A DNA stretch of 64,000 bases from Candidatus Latescibacterota bacterium (lineage in GTDB: Bacteria; Latescibacterota; UBA2968; UBA8231): assembly GCA_965197905.1 (NCBI GenBank), contig CBDAOB010000001.1, forward strand, positions 131,332-195,331. The letters run 5' to 3'. The notes under the pieces were generated by a model. That model was not told the origin of the DNA. It saw nothing but the letters and a program-made list of their open reading frames with translations, and did no database searches. The position numbers and the translations under genes were made by a program. This document shows positions 31,418 to 41,292 of this stretch, in pieces. The first letter of the stretch is position 1. Each line of letters opens with the position of its first letter.

Positions 31418-32233
31418 ATGAACTTCAACGACATACGAACATGTAGGCGCGATCCTAGTGGCCTTAAAGACGTGTTGAGGCGTCTCGTGGCTGGCATGCG
31501 GGAATGTCTCGGTGAACTTCATGTTGGCACGTACCTCCAAGGCTCACAGGCAACCGGCGACTTCGACGAATCCAGTGATGTCGATTTTTTGGTGGTTGTT
31601 GATGCAGAGGTCCCGCGCTGTACTGTTGATCGCCTGCAAGAGTTCCATCGATCACTATATGAGCACCCATCTTACTGGGGGCAGCACTTGGAGGGATCGT
31701 ATGTACCCAAAGATGCCCTTAAAAAGCTCCCGCCTCCACGTCAGCAATTGCTGTATCTCGACCACGGCCACACGACATTTCAGATGTCTGACCACGATCA
31801 CTTCCTAGCTGTGTTATGGCTGCTGAGGGAGAAGGGGGTGGTACTCGATGGTCCAAAAACTAAGGGCCTTGTCTCGTTCATTCCCGCCGATGCTCTGCGC
31901 GATGAAACGCGGCAGACGATGGAGTGGTGGGCCAACCTCGTACTCAGCAATCCCAAGGAAATGACCCAACGTTGGTATCAGGCATTCACAGTTCTTAACT
32001 ATTGCCGTATGGCCGTGACGTTCTGTACCGGGGAGGTGAATTCGAAGCGTCACGGTGTTCAATGGGCAAAGGATTCGATGGACACAAAGTGGCACGGATT
32101 TATTGACCGAGCCGTGACTCAAAGAACTAGATCAAGGACTGAGTTGATGAGCTCCGCCGAGCCTCAAGTCCTTTTGGAAACCAAGGAGTTCATTCAATAT
32201 GTATTGGCGGAATTCATCCATACGCCTTTATGA
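31418..32233 (+). CDS. AadA/ANT-like nucleotidyltransferase (NTase plus DUF4111)
   Basis: GTYLQGSQATGDFDESSDVDFLVV, LEGSY, VLNYCR, SKRHGVQWA. Confidence 0.8.
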   Translation: MNFNDIRTCRRDPSGLKDVLRRLVAGMRECLGELHVGTYLQGSQATGDFDESSDVDFLVVVDAEVPRCTVDRLQEFHRSLYEHPSYWGQHLEGSYVPKDALKKLPPPRQQLLYLDHGHTTFQMSDHDHFLAVLWLLREKGVVLDGPKTKGLVSFIPADALRDETRQTMEWWANLVLSNPKEMTQRWYQAFTVLNYCRMAVTFCTGEVNSKRHGVQWAKDSMDTKWHGFIDRAVTQRTRSRTELMSSAEPQVLLETKEFIQYVLAEFIHTPL

Positions 32234-32272
32234 CCTTCGGCGGGCACATGACATACTATGCATCGATGTATC

Positions 32273-32330
32273 GCCTAACCAGTCGCTTCAGGAGACGCCG
32301 TAAACGACGTTCCTGAGCTCGACGTTTTCG
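32273..32330 (+). repeat. attC-like site
   Basis: GCCTAAC CAGTC GCTTCAGGAGACG...CGTTCCTGAGC TCGAC GTT, downstream of a + strand gene. Confidence 0.6.
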
Positions 32331-32500
32331 CCATAAAGCAACCTGGCGCCGTTAGCAGTGCGCACTGCGAACCCAAGAAATGGTGCGCACGCTAGCGAAT
32401 TTAATGCTCACTATCAGCCCGTTTTTTGTTCATTCCCCGAGCTTGTGCATCCATACCAGTGTATTGCAGAGGGCACATTCCACACCGAACACGGGGCGCT

Positions 32501-33181
32501 ATGTACGATGATCGCCAGCTGGTAGAAATTGAAGTTGAGGCCACGTATCGGTTAGATGATAATGGCCTTTTCACAGGTCCGAAAGCGTCGCGTTTCGCTC
32601 TATGGCAGACCAAAGATGGCAACCTTGCGCGCTTTAGGAATGACCAACCTGACGAACTCGTTAAAGGAATAGCCGCGCTCGTCGAGCAAGAGCCCGTGGT
32701 ATCCGATCTTCGGGTTGGGCTTACCCATAGCGAGGAGTATCGGAGGATACTCAACAAGTGGGCGCCAGTGAAGCGAGTCGCAAGGGGGCTTGGTTACAAG
32801 TATCCCGAAAAGCTGACGCGCTTCGCCGATGCAGCCAGGGTTGATAAGACGAATGTTCACCTCGCGACTGATACCTTTCCTTGGCTCTTGGAGGAACTCG
32901 AAGGTTGTCAGCCCTGCCTGGCAGTGGTCAATGATGAGAGGTTCGTATCCGTTTGCCGCAGCGTGAGAATATCGGGAAAGGCTCACGTTGCGGGAGTTGT
33001 AACACATGAAGACTATAGAAAGAGAGGTCATGCGACTGCAGTGGCTGTTGAGTGGGGGATGGCTGTTCGCGAGCTCGACAGAATTCCCATATACAGCACA
33101 GAGTTGGAAAACATAGCATCTCAAAGGGTCGCGGCCAGAGCGGGTCTCTTGCTCTACAATGCCGACCATCATTTCAAATAG
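32501..33181 (+). CDS. GNAT acetyltransferase
   Basis: GVVTHEDYRKRGHA, YSTELENIASQRVA. Confidence 0.85.
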   Translation: MYDDRQLVEIEVEATYRLDDNGLFTGPKASRFALWQTKDGNLARFRNDQPDELVKGIAALVEQEPVVSDLRVGLTHSEEYRRILNKWAPVKRVARGLGYKYPEKLTRFADAARVDKTNVHLATDTFPWLLEELEGCQPCLAVVNDERFVSVCRSVRISGKAHVAGVVTHEDYRKRGHATAVAVEWGMAVRELDRIPIYSTELENIASQRVAARAGLLLYNADHHFK

Positions 33182-33201
33182 GTTGATAGCTGTCCCTTCA
33201 G

Positions 33202-34329
33202 ATGACGAAGTTGTTCGCAGCGGGTGAGCCGCGACCTCCTTTTATCCCCGGTCTCGAACTTGCCGAAGGATTCTACACTGAACTGGTACGTCCGATGCTT
33301 GAGGCGCACATGCCAGACATGTGCTACTCAGCCGGCGTTCTCGGTGGTGGATCGGACGTGCTGGGTTTCGACACGGAGATGTCCGCCGACCACGATTGGG
33401 GGCCGCGAGTCATGCTCTTCCTGAAGCGGGAGGAGTTTGAGGCCCGACCGCAGGCAATTCGAGCGCTTGCCATGGAGCATTTCCCTCTCACGTACAGGGG
33501 CTACCCGGTGCGCATCTATGCCCGTGATGTTCGGAATCCCGGGGTGCGAATGCGCCAGAGGCCGAACGATCCAGGACTCGAGCCGAGGATCGAGACCCAC
33601 ACGATTCACGACTTTTTCCAGAAGCAGCTCGGAGTTGACCCGGACAAGCCCTTGTCGGCGGCTAACTGGCTGACGATGACCCACCACCGGCTCCGCTCCA
33701 TGGTCGACGGGCGTGTCTTCCACGACGACGTGGGGCTCCAAGCAATGCGCGACCGTTTCAGCTGGTACCCGCACGACGTCTGGCTCTATGTTCTTGCTTC
33801 GTGCTGGCTTCGGATCGAAACAGACGAAACTTTGACGGGGAGGGCGGGAAGCGTGGGCGATAATCTGGGATCGGCGGTAATCGCATGGCGTCTTATCCGC
33901 GACATGATGCGACTGGCCTTCCTCATGGAACGGTCATATCCGCCGTACCCAAAGTGGCTCGGATCGGCCTTCGCACAGTTACAGTGCGCTCCCACATTCC
34001 TGCCGCTGATGGAGCGCGTCGGCGCCGCTACGGACTGGAAGGAACGCGACGGAGCCCTCGCCGGTGCCTATCGCGAACTCGCAGAAATGCACAACAAACT
34101 GGAACTCACGCCGCCGGTCCCTTGCGAACCGACACATTGGGGGGAACGCCCCTTCACAGTCAGCCAAGCGAGAGCTATTGCGGGAGCCCTACGAACGGAA
34201 ATCCGCGATCCATCGGTCCGCGCAATAGCTGACAGGTGGATGATCGGCAGCATCGACATATTCAACGATCACCACATGTTGGACGACGATCCGGCACAAC
34301 GGCCGCTATTGCTGAAGCTCTACGAATGA
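33202..34329 (+). CDS. DUF4037-domain protein
   Basis: GGGSDVLGFDTEMSADHDWGPR, GRVFHDD, WYPHDVW, PPYPKWLG. Confidence 0.85.
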   Translation: MTKLFAAGEPRPPFIPGLELAEGFYTELVRPMLEAHMPDMCYSAGVLGGGSDVLGFDTEMSADHDWGPRVMLFLKREEFEARPQAIRALAMEHFPLTYRGYPVRIYARDVRNPGVRMRQRPNDPGLEPRIETHTIHDFFQKQLGVDPDKPLSAANWLTMTHHRLRSMVDGRVFHDDVGLQAMRDRFSWYPHDVWLYVLASCWLRIETDETLTGRAGSVGDNLGSAVIAWRLIRDMMRLAFLMERSYPPYPKWLGSAFAQLQCAPTFLPLMERVGAATDWKERDGALAGAYRELAEMHNKLELTPPVPCEPTHWGERPFTVSQARAIAGALRTEIRDPSVRAIADRWMIGSIDIFNDHHMLDDDPAQRPLLLKLYE

Positions 34330-34528
34330 CTTCGCGTGCTAGAGAGGTTCGCCGGAGTAGACAGCTGTGGGTTAGAAGGGCTGAGAATACCGGTTGTGTG
34401 ATCAGTCCGTAGGACTTAGTGCTGGTTTGATCGTGAGTTTACCAATGTGCTTCAGCATGCCTCGCGGGCACCGATTGCTCGTTACGCCCCACTTTGGAGC
34501 AGTCATCAACGGCCTCTGTCCCGACGAA

Positions 34529-35893
34529 CTATTCGTAGAGAAGGAATCCTGATGCGATTAGGTTGTCGTACTCGGCGAACGATTGACTGAACTCGACGGT
34601 ACGGAATAAACGGATAAAGTTTACACGCGAGAGCTCGCCCGACTCCGGCGGCGGGTGGTATACCGGATCCCAACGAAGCTCACATTCCAACGACCAGAAA
34701 TCCTCTCCCACATAAGTCGCTGTCGTCACTTCGGCGTCCCATTTGAAATCGGCATCCCTGCCCTTGCTGGTCCTCATGTCAACCGTCGCCCCTTGGCTGT
34801 TGACCAAGATACGGGAGATCGTTTTCGTGTCCCGGTTGCGATCGAAGCGGAGGTAAAACCGATCTTGGCGAAGATAAGCCCCATCCTCATGTTGCAGCAC
34901 CACCAGGCTCTCCGGATGGGCGTCGGCACAGTGCGCGCCCCAATAGAGCGCCTTTGCGGAATACCCCAACAGTAAGCGGGTTTCAACACGTGGTGGCAAC
35001 GTCGTGCGCCCGCGCCGCGTGTGGACATAGAACGAATCTATTAGTGCTGCGTCCTCCCAGGCCTCATCGTCCAGGCGGCCGTCGATGGTCGGAGTCGATT
35101 CAAGCCTGGGAACATCCACCAGCAGTCGATGACCTCTCAAAATCTCGATTCCGCGATCGCGCTCGAGGTAGTCCAGATGAAAGGTGCCCTGGTAGTATCT
35201 GGCCTGTTTGCTGTTAGGTGCGTATGCCACCAAGGCTGCAAAAAGGGAGTCGGCTTTCGAAAGGTTCGCTTTGAGCGCCGCTTCCCGCGCCTTCTCTGCC
35301 GATCGAGCCACGTACTCTTCCACCAGGAGCAGGGCGGCTTCGCGAACCTCCTTGTCTTCCGAAAGTGCCCTTTCACCTGCGAGCCGCCGCAACGTTTGGG
35401 TCTGCTCGTCGCTCAGCTTGCCCATAGCATTGCTGAAAGAGAGCAGCGCCGGGGCCTGCACCAGTGGAGAGGGATCGGAAATGGCCCGGAGAAGGGGGTC
35501 AAAAAACTCGGATCGCAAGTGAAATCCGAGCTCCTCGGCGATGCGTCCACGCACCACGGGCTCGGGATCGCTCAGTAAATGTTTCTCGAGCACGGCGGCG
35601 ATCCGCTCGTCGGCGGTTCGCATCGTAAGACTCACCAGAATGTCCGCCACTTCAGCACGGATTTTCGTCTTTCGATCCGATGCCAGCGCTTGAATAAGCG
35701 GCTCAACGGCTCGTGTTGAGGCCAGGACAAGCTCGTGTTTTGCTGCGGCTTGCACATCGGGCGCGCCGCCGAGCCCCTCAATACTGTCTTCTATAGATGA
35801 CCCGCAAGCGACAAGGTAGAAGGCCGTTGCTATGATCGAGACTCTCCTCGACCTGATCGGGACTGCTATCTGGAATCGATTTTGCAGTGACAA
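34529..35893 (-). CDS. HEAT-repeat lipoprotein with C-terminal CBM9-like domain
   Basis: LVAC lipobox, AVEPLIQAL and DPEPVVRG repeats, PTIDGRLDDEAW; TTG start inferred from the GGAG RBS. Confidence 0.7.
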   Translation of the reverse strand: MSLQNRFQIAVPIRSRRVSIIATAFYLVACGSSIEDSIEGLGGAPDVQAAAKHELVLASTRAVEPLIQALASDRKTKIRAEVADILVSLTMRTADERIAAVLEKHLLSDPEPVVRGRIAEELGFHLRSEFFDPLLRAISDPSPLVQAPALLSFSNAMGKLSDEQTQTLRRLAGERALSEDKEVREAALLLVEEYVARSAEKAREAALKANLSKADSLFAALVAYAPNSKQARYYQGTFHLDYLERDRGIEILRGHRLLVDVPRLESTPTIDGRLDDEAWEDAALIDSFYVHTRRGRTTLPPRVETRLLLGYSAKALYWGAHCADAHPESLVVLQHEDGAYLRQDRFYLRFDRNRDTKTISRILVNSQGATVDMRTSKGRDADFKWDAEVTTATYVGEDFWSLECELRWDPVYHPPPESGELSRVNFIRLFRTVEFSQSFAEYDNLIASGFLLYE

Positions 35894-35978
35894 TGGAGCT
35901 GCTCCATAGTTACTGAGGTTATCTCGTAGCGCTAGAAGAACGAGATCTGTGAGAACAATCACCAGCAATTTTTCTTTG

Positions 35979-36146
35979 CTAGGTCTCCTCTTCCGGAGCC
36001 TCCTGCTGAAGCCCCTCCAGCTCTCTCGCCATCTCCTCCCACCGCTCAATCACGGTAACCGGCACCTTCACCACTCCCGCTGTAACTCCGCGGTATTGAT
36101 CCGCTATCTCCTGCGCCAACCCAAGTTCTCTACTCTGCTCTGCCAT
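35979..36146 (-). CDS. 55-aa phage-type protein coupled to the amidase
   Basis: GGAGG RBS; MAEQSRELGLAQEIADQYRGVTAGVVKVPVTVIERWEEMARELEGLQQEAPEEET*. Confidence 0.5.
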   Translation of the reverse strand: MAEQSRELGLAQEIADQYRGVTAGVVKVPVTVIERWEEMARELEGLQQEAPEEET

Positions 36147-36714
36147 TGTCACCCTCCCATCTCATGGCGTATCTCTGAATGCCTGCGAACACCAACGCAG
36201 CATACTGCACCGGGCCGGCCTGTGACGCTGCCCGACCGCGCTGCTTGTCGTTGTCCTTGAACGCCGGTTCCACGATCACTGCCGGCATGCGGCTGTCATT
36301 CAAGAACGCCAACGATCGGTGGAAGTAGCTCTGCGGCTTGGCACCGATAGACTTCCACGGCAGCCCGGCTTGGAATTGCTCGCATAGGTCTTCCGCCATC
36401 CGCTTCCCCGCTCCCGAATGACCGCCACCTCCGTGATCCCAGTAAATGGCCGTCGAATAGTCGCCGCCGCCACCGTTTAGGTGCAGCTCGACAGCGAGGT
36501 CGACCACGGCCTCATTGAAACATCGGATCTTCGAGTTGAGTGCAGGCCCGTTTTCAAGATCGTAGATCTTGGCCTCGGGCTGAACGACGACATGCCCTGC
36601 AGCAGCGAGCAACTGGACCAGGACCGTCTCGGCCTCGGCACATCTTTCCCATTCGAAGAGACGTTGAGGGATATCCGTATTGCGGCTATGGCCTGATGCG
36701 ACGCCGATTCTCAT
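36130..36714 (-). CDS. N-acetylmuramoyl-L-alanine amidase (Amidase_3), endolysin-like
   Basis: VASGH, E, AVELHLN, LAFLNDSRMPAVIVEPAF; no signal peptide. Confidence 0.85.
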   Translation of the reverse strand: MRIGVASGHSRNTDIPQRLFEWERCAEAETVLVQLLAAAGHVVVQPEAKIYDLENGPALNSKIRCFNEAVVDLAVELHLNGGGGDYSTAIYWDHGGGGHSGAGKRMAEDLCEQFQAGLPWKSIGAKPQSYFHRSLAFLNDSRMPAVIVEPAFKDNDKQRGRAASQAGPVQYAALVFAGIQRYAMRWEGDNGRAE

Positions 36715-37032
36715 GAGATTTTTCTGGGACGACAGAAGCCGTGAACTCCCTGCCGCCCCAGAACTGAAAACGGGTACCGCAACGTGTGTTCACGGCACCC
36801 GATCATCCTGCACGGTGTTGCCACCGCTATGTAAGGAAGGCCGCACGAGTCAGCCGGCCTCCCCTTTGCACTGCAGCTCGTGGTCTGCAGTACGAGTTCT
36901 GCACCACCAGGAAGCCGTCACCTCCCCGATGGTCCAGAACAAGAAACGGGCACCTCACGCGTGGTGACGGCACCCATTACGCTCCATGCAATTGTTAAGT
37001 GTAACTAACTTGGGTACGGCTTCCCCGTCAAG
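36680..37032 (-). repeat. ~350-bp phage late-leader repeat, copy 1
   Basis: Close match to 39554-39906, including the first ~12 amidase codons; the promoter end is more divergent. Confidence 0.92.
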
Positions 37033-37212
37033 GCGTCATGGGAAGGGGGCACAGCAAACTCAGCTCTTGGCATTTCGCGCGGATGAACCCGACTTCGGCC
37101 ATGTCCGCCCTCGTAGCCCTACGTTAATCTCCGATCTTTCTTTGAACCTTTTGACGTCTTGCGTGTATACAAGGGTAGCATGCAACCTCCACCCTTGAAA
37201 AAGGTGTTCGCC

Positions 37213-38397
37213 ATGAATTCTGTAGTCTTTGTCGCTGCTTTGACCGGTATAGGTGTGTTTTCATCCTCTACCGTTCACTCCACCCAACCAGAGTACATTC
37301 AGTTGATCCGCAGGGGGCAGCAGATGCCCCAGGAGTGGTATGCTGAACAGGCACGGCTTTGGAAACAGGAAGTCGCAAGAAAGGCTGAGGATGCTGCCTC
37401 GTGGCGCAACTATTACATGGCGACCCAATATTCCATGTGGGGTCCGGATTCCCCTGAAAGAGAGCAGATCCTCGACAGAATCTTTACCGAGATGGGCAAG
37501 GCTGTGTCTGACGGCCATGAATATCTCTACCTGGACGTCAGACGATCTTCCTGGGACAGGGATAGGCAGGAACTAAATGATCTGTTCGCGCGCGCCACAC
37601 GACTGTGCTCAGCACAGCCAGAATGCGCCGACCTGTACCAAGATCTTGCGGGCAATTTTGAGCAACTTGGGGATCGCGAACGCGCCAGGTCAGCATGGGA
37701 GGAGATGTATCTAGCCGAGGGCATTCCCTCGGGCTTGATCGATTACAACTACAACATGTTGATGTCCACTGACCAAAACGCCATCCTCGTTACCAACGGT
37801 GACAACGACACCTACCCCGCCTGGATGCTGCAACGACTCAAGGGAATCCGAGAGGATGTTTTGGTGCTCAACATCTATCTAAGCCGGAAGTATCGCTCCC
37901 ATCTAAGCCGTGAACTGAGCACCATGGGAATCGAAATCGACGCAAAATCCTTGCCTGCGAGCGATGCCGACTTTCTCGAGGCACTCTGCGAGGCCGTTAC
38001 CCGGAGTCAGCCGGATGTTCTGATCTATGTCGCCTTGACGGTCGCGTCCCGGTACAAGGAGAAGCTCAACGACAGACTCTACGTAACCGGGCTCGCTTCC
38101 CTGTACAGCGAGGACCGTGCGGACAATGTTGCCCTACTCAAGAGAAATGTCGAGCGCCGATTCAGATTGGATCACCTCCAGCACGATTGGTACAGCGAGC
38201 ATCACATATCGACGGTACCTCACGTAATCCGCGTCAACGGTAATTATGCCATCCCGTTCATCATGTTGTTTGAACATTATAGGACCGCGGAGGAGATGAA
38301 AAGGGCTAGCTATTGGAGCGATCTTGCCCTCGAGGTCGCACGTAAGAGCCGCAATGAAGACTTTCTGAAGGAAATCGAATTGCGGATCGATCAGTAG
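37213..38397 (+). CDS. secreted hypothetical protein (DUF2723-like C-terminal motif)
   Basis: Signal peptide; NAILVTNGDNDTYPAWMLQ. Confidence 0.72.
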   Translation: MNSVVFVAALTGIGVFSSSTVHSTQPEYIQLIRRGQQMPQEWYAEQARLWKQEVARKAEDAASWRNYYMATQYSMWGPDSPEREQILDRIFTEMGKAVSDGHEYLYLDVRRSSWDRDRQELNDLFARATRLCSAQPECADLYQDLAGNFEQLGDRERARSAWEEMYLAEGIPSGLIDYNYNMLMSTDQNAILVTNGDNDTYPAWMLQRLKGIREDVLVLNIYLSRKYRSHLSRELSTMGIEIDAKSLPASDADFLEALCEAVTRSQPDVLIYVALTVASRYKEKLNDRLYVTGLASLYSEDRADNVALLKRNVERRFRLDHLQHDWYSEHHISTVPHVIRVNGNYAIPFIMLFEHYRTAEEMKRASYWSDLALEVARKSRNEDFLKEIELRIDQ

Positions 38398-38400
38398 TTG

Positions 38401-38997
38401 ATGAGTTCATTAGAGGGAATTTCCCAACTTGCAGACGAGGAGTTGGTACGGCGGGTTGGCCACAAAGACATCGAAGCCTTCGATGAACTCTATCGACGCT
38501 ACAGCCAGCGTGTGCTGCGCTACCTTCATCGCATGTTGGGTCCGGACAGTGAGCAGGCGCAGGACTGTTTACAGGAGGTGTTTCTACGGCTAATCGAAAA
38601 GAACGCTTCGGTCGATACGACTCGGCAGTTTTCCATCTGGATCTTTGCCGTTGCCCACAACATCTGCTGCAACGAGCGCCGGCGCCGGGATGTCAGACAA
38701 CATACTGTTGCCACAAATGTCGACGCTGTTGCCATGGAGACGACACACGGTGCAGGAGAGGAGGTGGACCAGAAAATGTTCATGGAGTCCCTTTTTAAAG
38801 AGCTGGCTCTCCTGGACGAGGCTAAACGCAGCACTTTCTTATTACGCTTCCAGGAAAATTTCACGATTCCAGAAATTAGCGCCCTACTCGAATGCCCAGT
38901 CGGAACGATCAAATCGCGGCTCCACTACACCTGCCAATTGTTAGCCAAGAATTTGAAGGTGTTTAATCTAAGCGAAGTTGAAGGAGCAATGGAGTAA
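38401..38997 (+). CDS. ECF sigma-70 factor
   Basis: DEELV, AFDELYRRY, AQDCLQEVFL, PVGTIKSRLHY. Confidence 0.92.
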   Translation: MSSLEGISQLADEELVRRVGHKDIEAFDELYRRYSQRVLRYLHRMLGPDSEQAQDCLQEVFLRLIEKNASVDTTRQFSIWIFAVAHNICCNERRRRDVRQHTVATNVDAVAMETTHGAGEEVDQKMFMESLFKELALLDEAKRSTFLLRFQENFTIPEISALLECPVGTIKSRLHYTCQLLAKNLKVFNLSEVEGAME

Positions 38998-39536
38998 TGG
39001 TAAAGCCAAAAGACAGCATCTCTTGCCAGGACGTTAAAGAGTGGTTGTTCGCAGGTAGCCCGGATTCGGTGGAAAGCGCGGTAGGGCGTGAGCTTTATCA
39101 ACACCTCGAAAGATGTCAGCAGTGCCGCGCCTACAAGCGCCTTCTAACAAGAGTCCGTTCTGAACTGGAAGAAAATTTTCCTGACGGGCTGGAGCCGGAT
39201 CCAGCCATTCAGGACCGACTCAGGAACACCTTGCGGAAAAAGGGTCTCCTGGTTGCGGGGCTACAAATTCTGCGACGACCCGTTCCAGCATATCAGGCTG
39301 TGCTGGGTGTTGCAGCGGCAATCGCCGCCGTTCTGATCATTGAAAACTCGAGTTCTGTCGAGCAACGCGTCCACACGTCTTCCGAAGAACCACGCAACGA
39401 GTTTATTGCGGTCGAATCGACAGAGGCGATCGACATGCTCCGGATGATCAGGAGGAGCGGGAGAAGCCATGCGGAGGACAGCCTGCTAGTGGGGAGCATG
39501 CCAGAATCGTTTGCCACGTTAGATGGGGCCAGCTAA
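38997..39536 (+). CDS. zinc-finger anti-sigma factor (ZAS) with TM helix
   Basis: HLERCQQC matches HxxxCxxC; TM AVLGVAAAIAAVLII; TAATG overlap with the sigma gene. Confidence 0.78.
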   Translation: MVKPKDSISCQDVKEWLFAGSPDSVESAVGRELYQHLERCQQCRAYKRLLTRVRSELEENFPDGLEPDPAIQDRLRNTLRKKGLLVAGLQILRRPVPAYQAVLGVAAAIAAVLIIENSSSVEQRVHTSSEEPRNEFIAVESTEAIDMLRMIRRSGRSHAEDSLLVGSMPESFATLDGAS

Positions 39537-39553
39537 GTAAGCCCGCGAAAGTC

Positions 39554-39906
39554 TTGCGACTATGGCCTGATGCGACGCCGATTCTCATGAGATTCGTCTG
39601 GGACGACAGAAGCCGTGAACTCTCTGTCGCCCCAGAACTGAAAACGGGTGCCGTAACGCGTGTTCACGGCACCCGATCATCCTACGCGGTGTTGCCACCG
39701 CTATGTAAGGAAGGCCGCACGAGTCAGCCGGCCTCCCCTTTGCACCGCAGCTCGTGGTCTGCAGTACGAGTCTGAACCACCAGAAAGCCGTCACCTCCCC
39801 GATGGTCCAGAACAAAAACGGGCACCGCACGCGTGGTGACGGCACCCGTTGTCTCGTTGAAAATGCTTCAATTGCTAACTAAGAGGGGCGGTTCTCCTCT
39901 GTCAAG
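39554..39906 (-). repeat. ~350-bp phage late-leader repeat, copy 2
   Basis: As copy 1; the amidase start is truncated after MRIGVASGHSR. Confidence 0.92.
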
Positions 39907-40024
39907 ATTGATGACTGAAACGCAGCCGCCGATCCTGCATTCGGTGCCGCGACAAAGTGCATCCGCAATCGTGTAGTTGAAATATACCTCGCTCGGGATA
40001 CGACAACTCAAACGAAGGGTTTTA

Positions 40025-40840
40025 ATGCCGACTTACGATATCAACAAGCGGTTTTACCAGGGTGCAAACTTGGTCGTGGAGGATCTGCTTCTTCTCGAGG
40101 CCTTCCAGATTGGTTACATGCCTGGAATGGTTCCAAAAGAGGAATTCGCCTCGGTGTTGGAAGCACATCCGTACATTCGTCGCTTCTTGGAAGCGAAGTG
40201 CCCAGAGTCCAAGCCTTTTCTCGAAGAGGTTGCGACTCATGATTTGCACTCAAACGATTGCACGCTAGCTGAATGCGAAGATCATGTCGTCTGGACCATC
40301 GCGGATCTTCTCGTGTACAACAAGTGTCCGGAAGTGTACGACTCCAAGGAATTTCACCAGTGGGACTTTGGTGAAGTTACCGCCATCACGCCGTTGAAGG
40401 GCAAATTCGTAGTCGACGTTGGCGCAGGTACTGGCAGAGTGGCTCTCGAAGCCGCAGAGACAGCTGAAGCAGTACTCGCCGTCGAACCCGTGGCAAACTT
40501 GAGGCGATTTATGCGAACAAAAGCGGAAAAACAAGGACTGGAAAATCTGTTCGTCTCTGACGGATTTATGAATTACATACCGTTGCGTGACGCATCCGCT
40601 GATGTGTTGATCACATCACACGCATTTGGGTGGCGAACGGAGGAAGAATTCCTGGAAATGCAAAGCGAACTTGAGAGAGTTGTGAGGAGTGGAGGCTTCA
40701 TCATTCATTGTCCTGGTACTGCAGAGGTCCCCAGGGAAGATGGGCTCCACCAACGACTCGTCACGCCAGGTTTGGGGTATGACTTCGCCAGATTTCAGCT
40801 AGCCGATGGCTGGAAACGAAAGTATTGGAAGCAAGTATGA
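40025..40840 (+). CDS. class I SAM methyltransferase
   Basis: VVDVGAGTGRVA, AVEPV, ELERVVRSGG. Confidence 0.85.
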   Translation: MPTYDINKRFYQGANLVVEDLLLLEAFQIGYMPGMVPKEEFASVLEAHPYIRRFLEAKCPESKPFLEEVATHDLHSNDCTLAECEDHVVWTIADLLVYNKCPEVYDSKEFHQWDFGEVTAITPLKGKFVVDVGAGTGRVALEAAETAEAVLAVEPVANLRRFMRTKAEKQGLENLFVSDGFMNYIPLRDASADVLITSHAFGWRTEEEFLEMQSELERVVRSGGFIIHCPGTAEVPREDGLHQRLVTPGLGYDFARFQLADGWKRKYWKQV

Positions 40841-41143
40841 TGAGAGTCGGAACACGCCCACGCTGCTTTTACATTCCCGTCACTCCCCACGGCGGTTCCG
40901 GAAAAGCGGCTATTCGTCTTCAGGGTGAAGGAACGTACGCTACGCAGATAGGGGCCATCTTGACGGAGTATCATGAAATCTCAGAGGCGAGTCACCGCCT
41001 CCGTGAGAGCAGAAGGGCGCATTCCGATGTACAGTACCTCGTGGGAGAATCTGGCATCGCAGGGCGTTGCAGATAAGGTGGGCCTCTCTCAATACGCTGT
41101 AGATTATTGGGCGGGATGACCACAGTTACTCGGTCCTGTTCAT

Positions 41144-41227
41144 CGTGTAACGTCCGGACCCGGCTTCGGCGCTGAGCGCCTTCGCGCAACCGCTACGCGG
41201 TTCGGGCACCGCGAAAACGTCACACGC
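41144..41227 (+). repeat. attC-like palindrome, family A
   Basis: GTGTAAC GTCCGGACCCGGCTTCGG...CTTCGCGCAACCGCTACGCGGTTCGGGCACCGCGAAAAC GTCACAC. Confidence 0.6.
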
Positions 41228-41292
41228 AAGCGGTGAAGCGCATGAAGAATTTCAAACGATTGTCCCAGGAAAGCTGAGAGAGGGGGTCAGAA

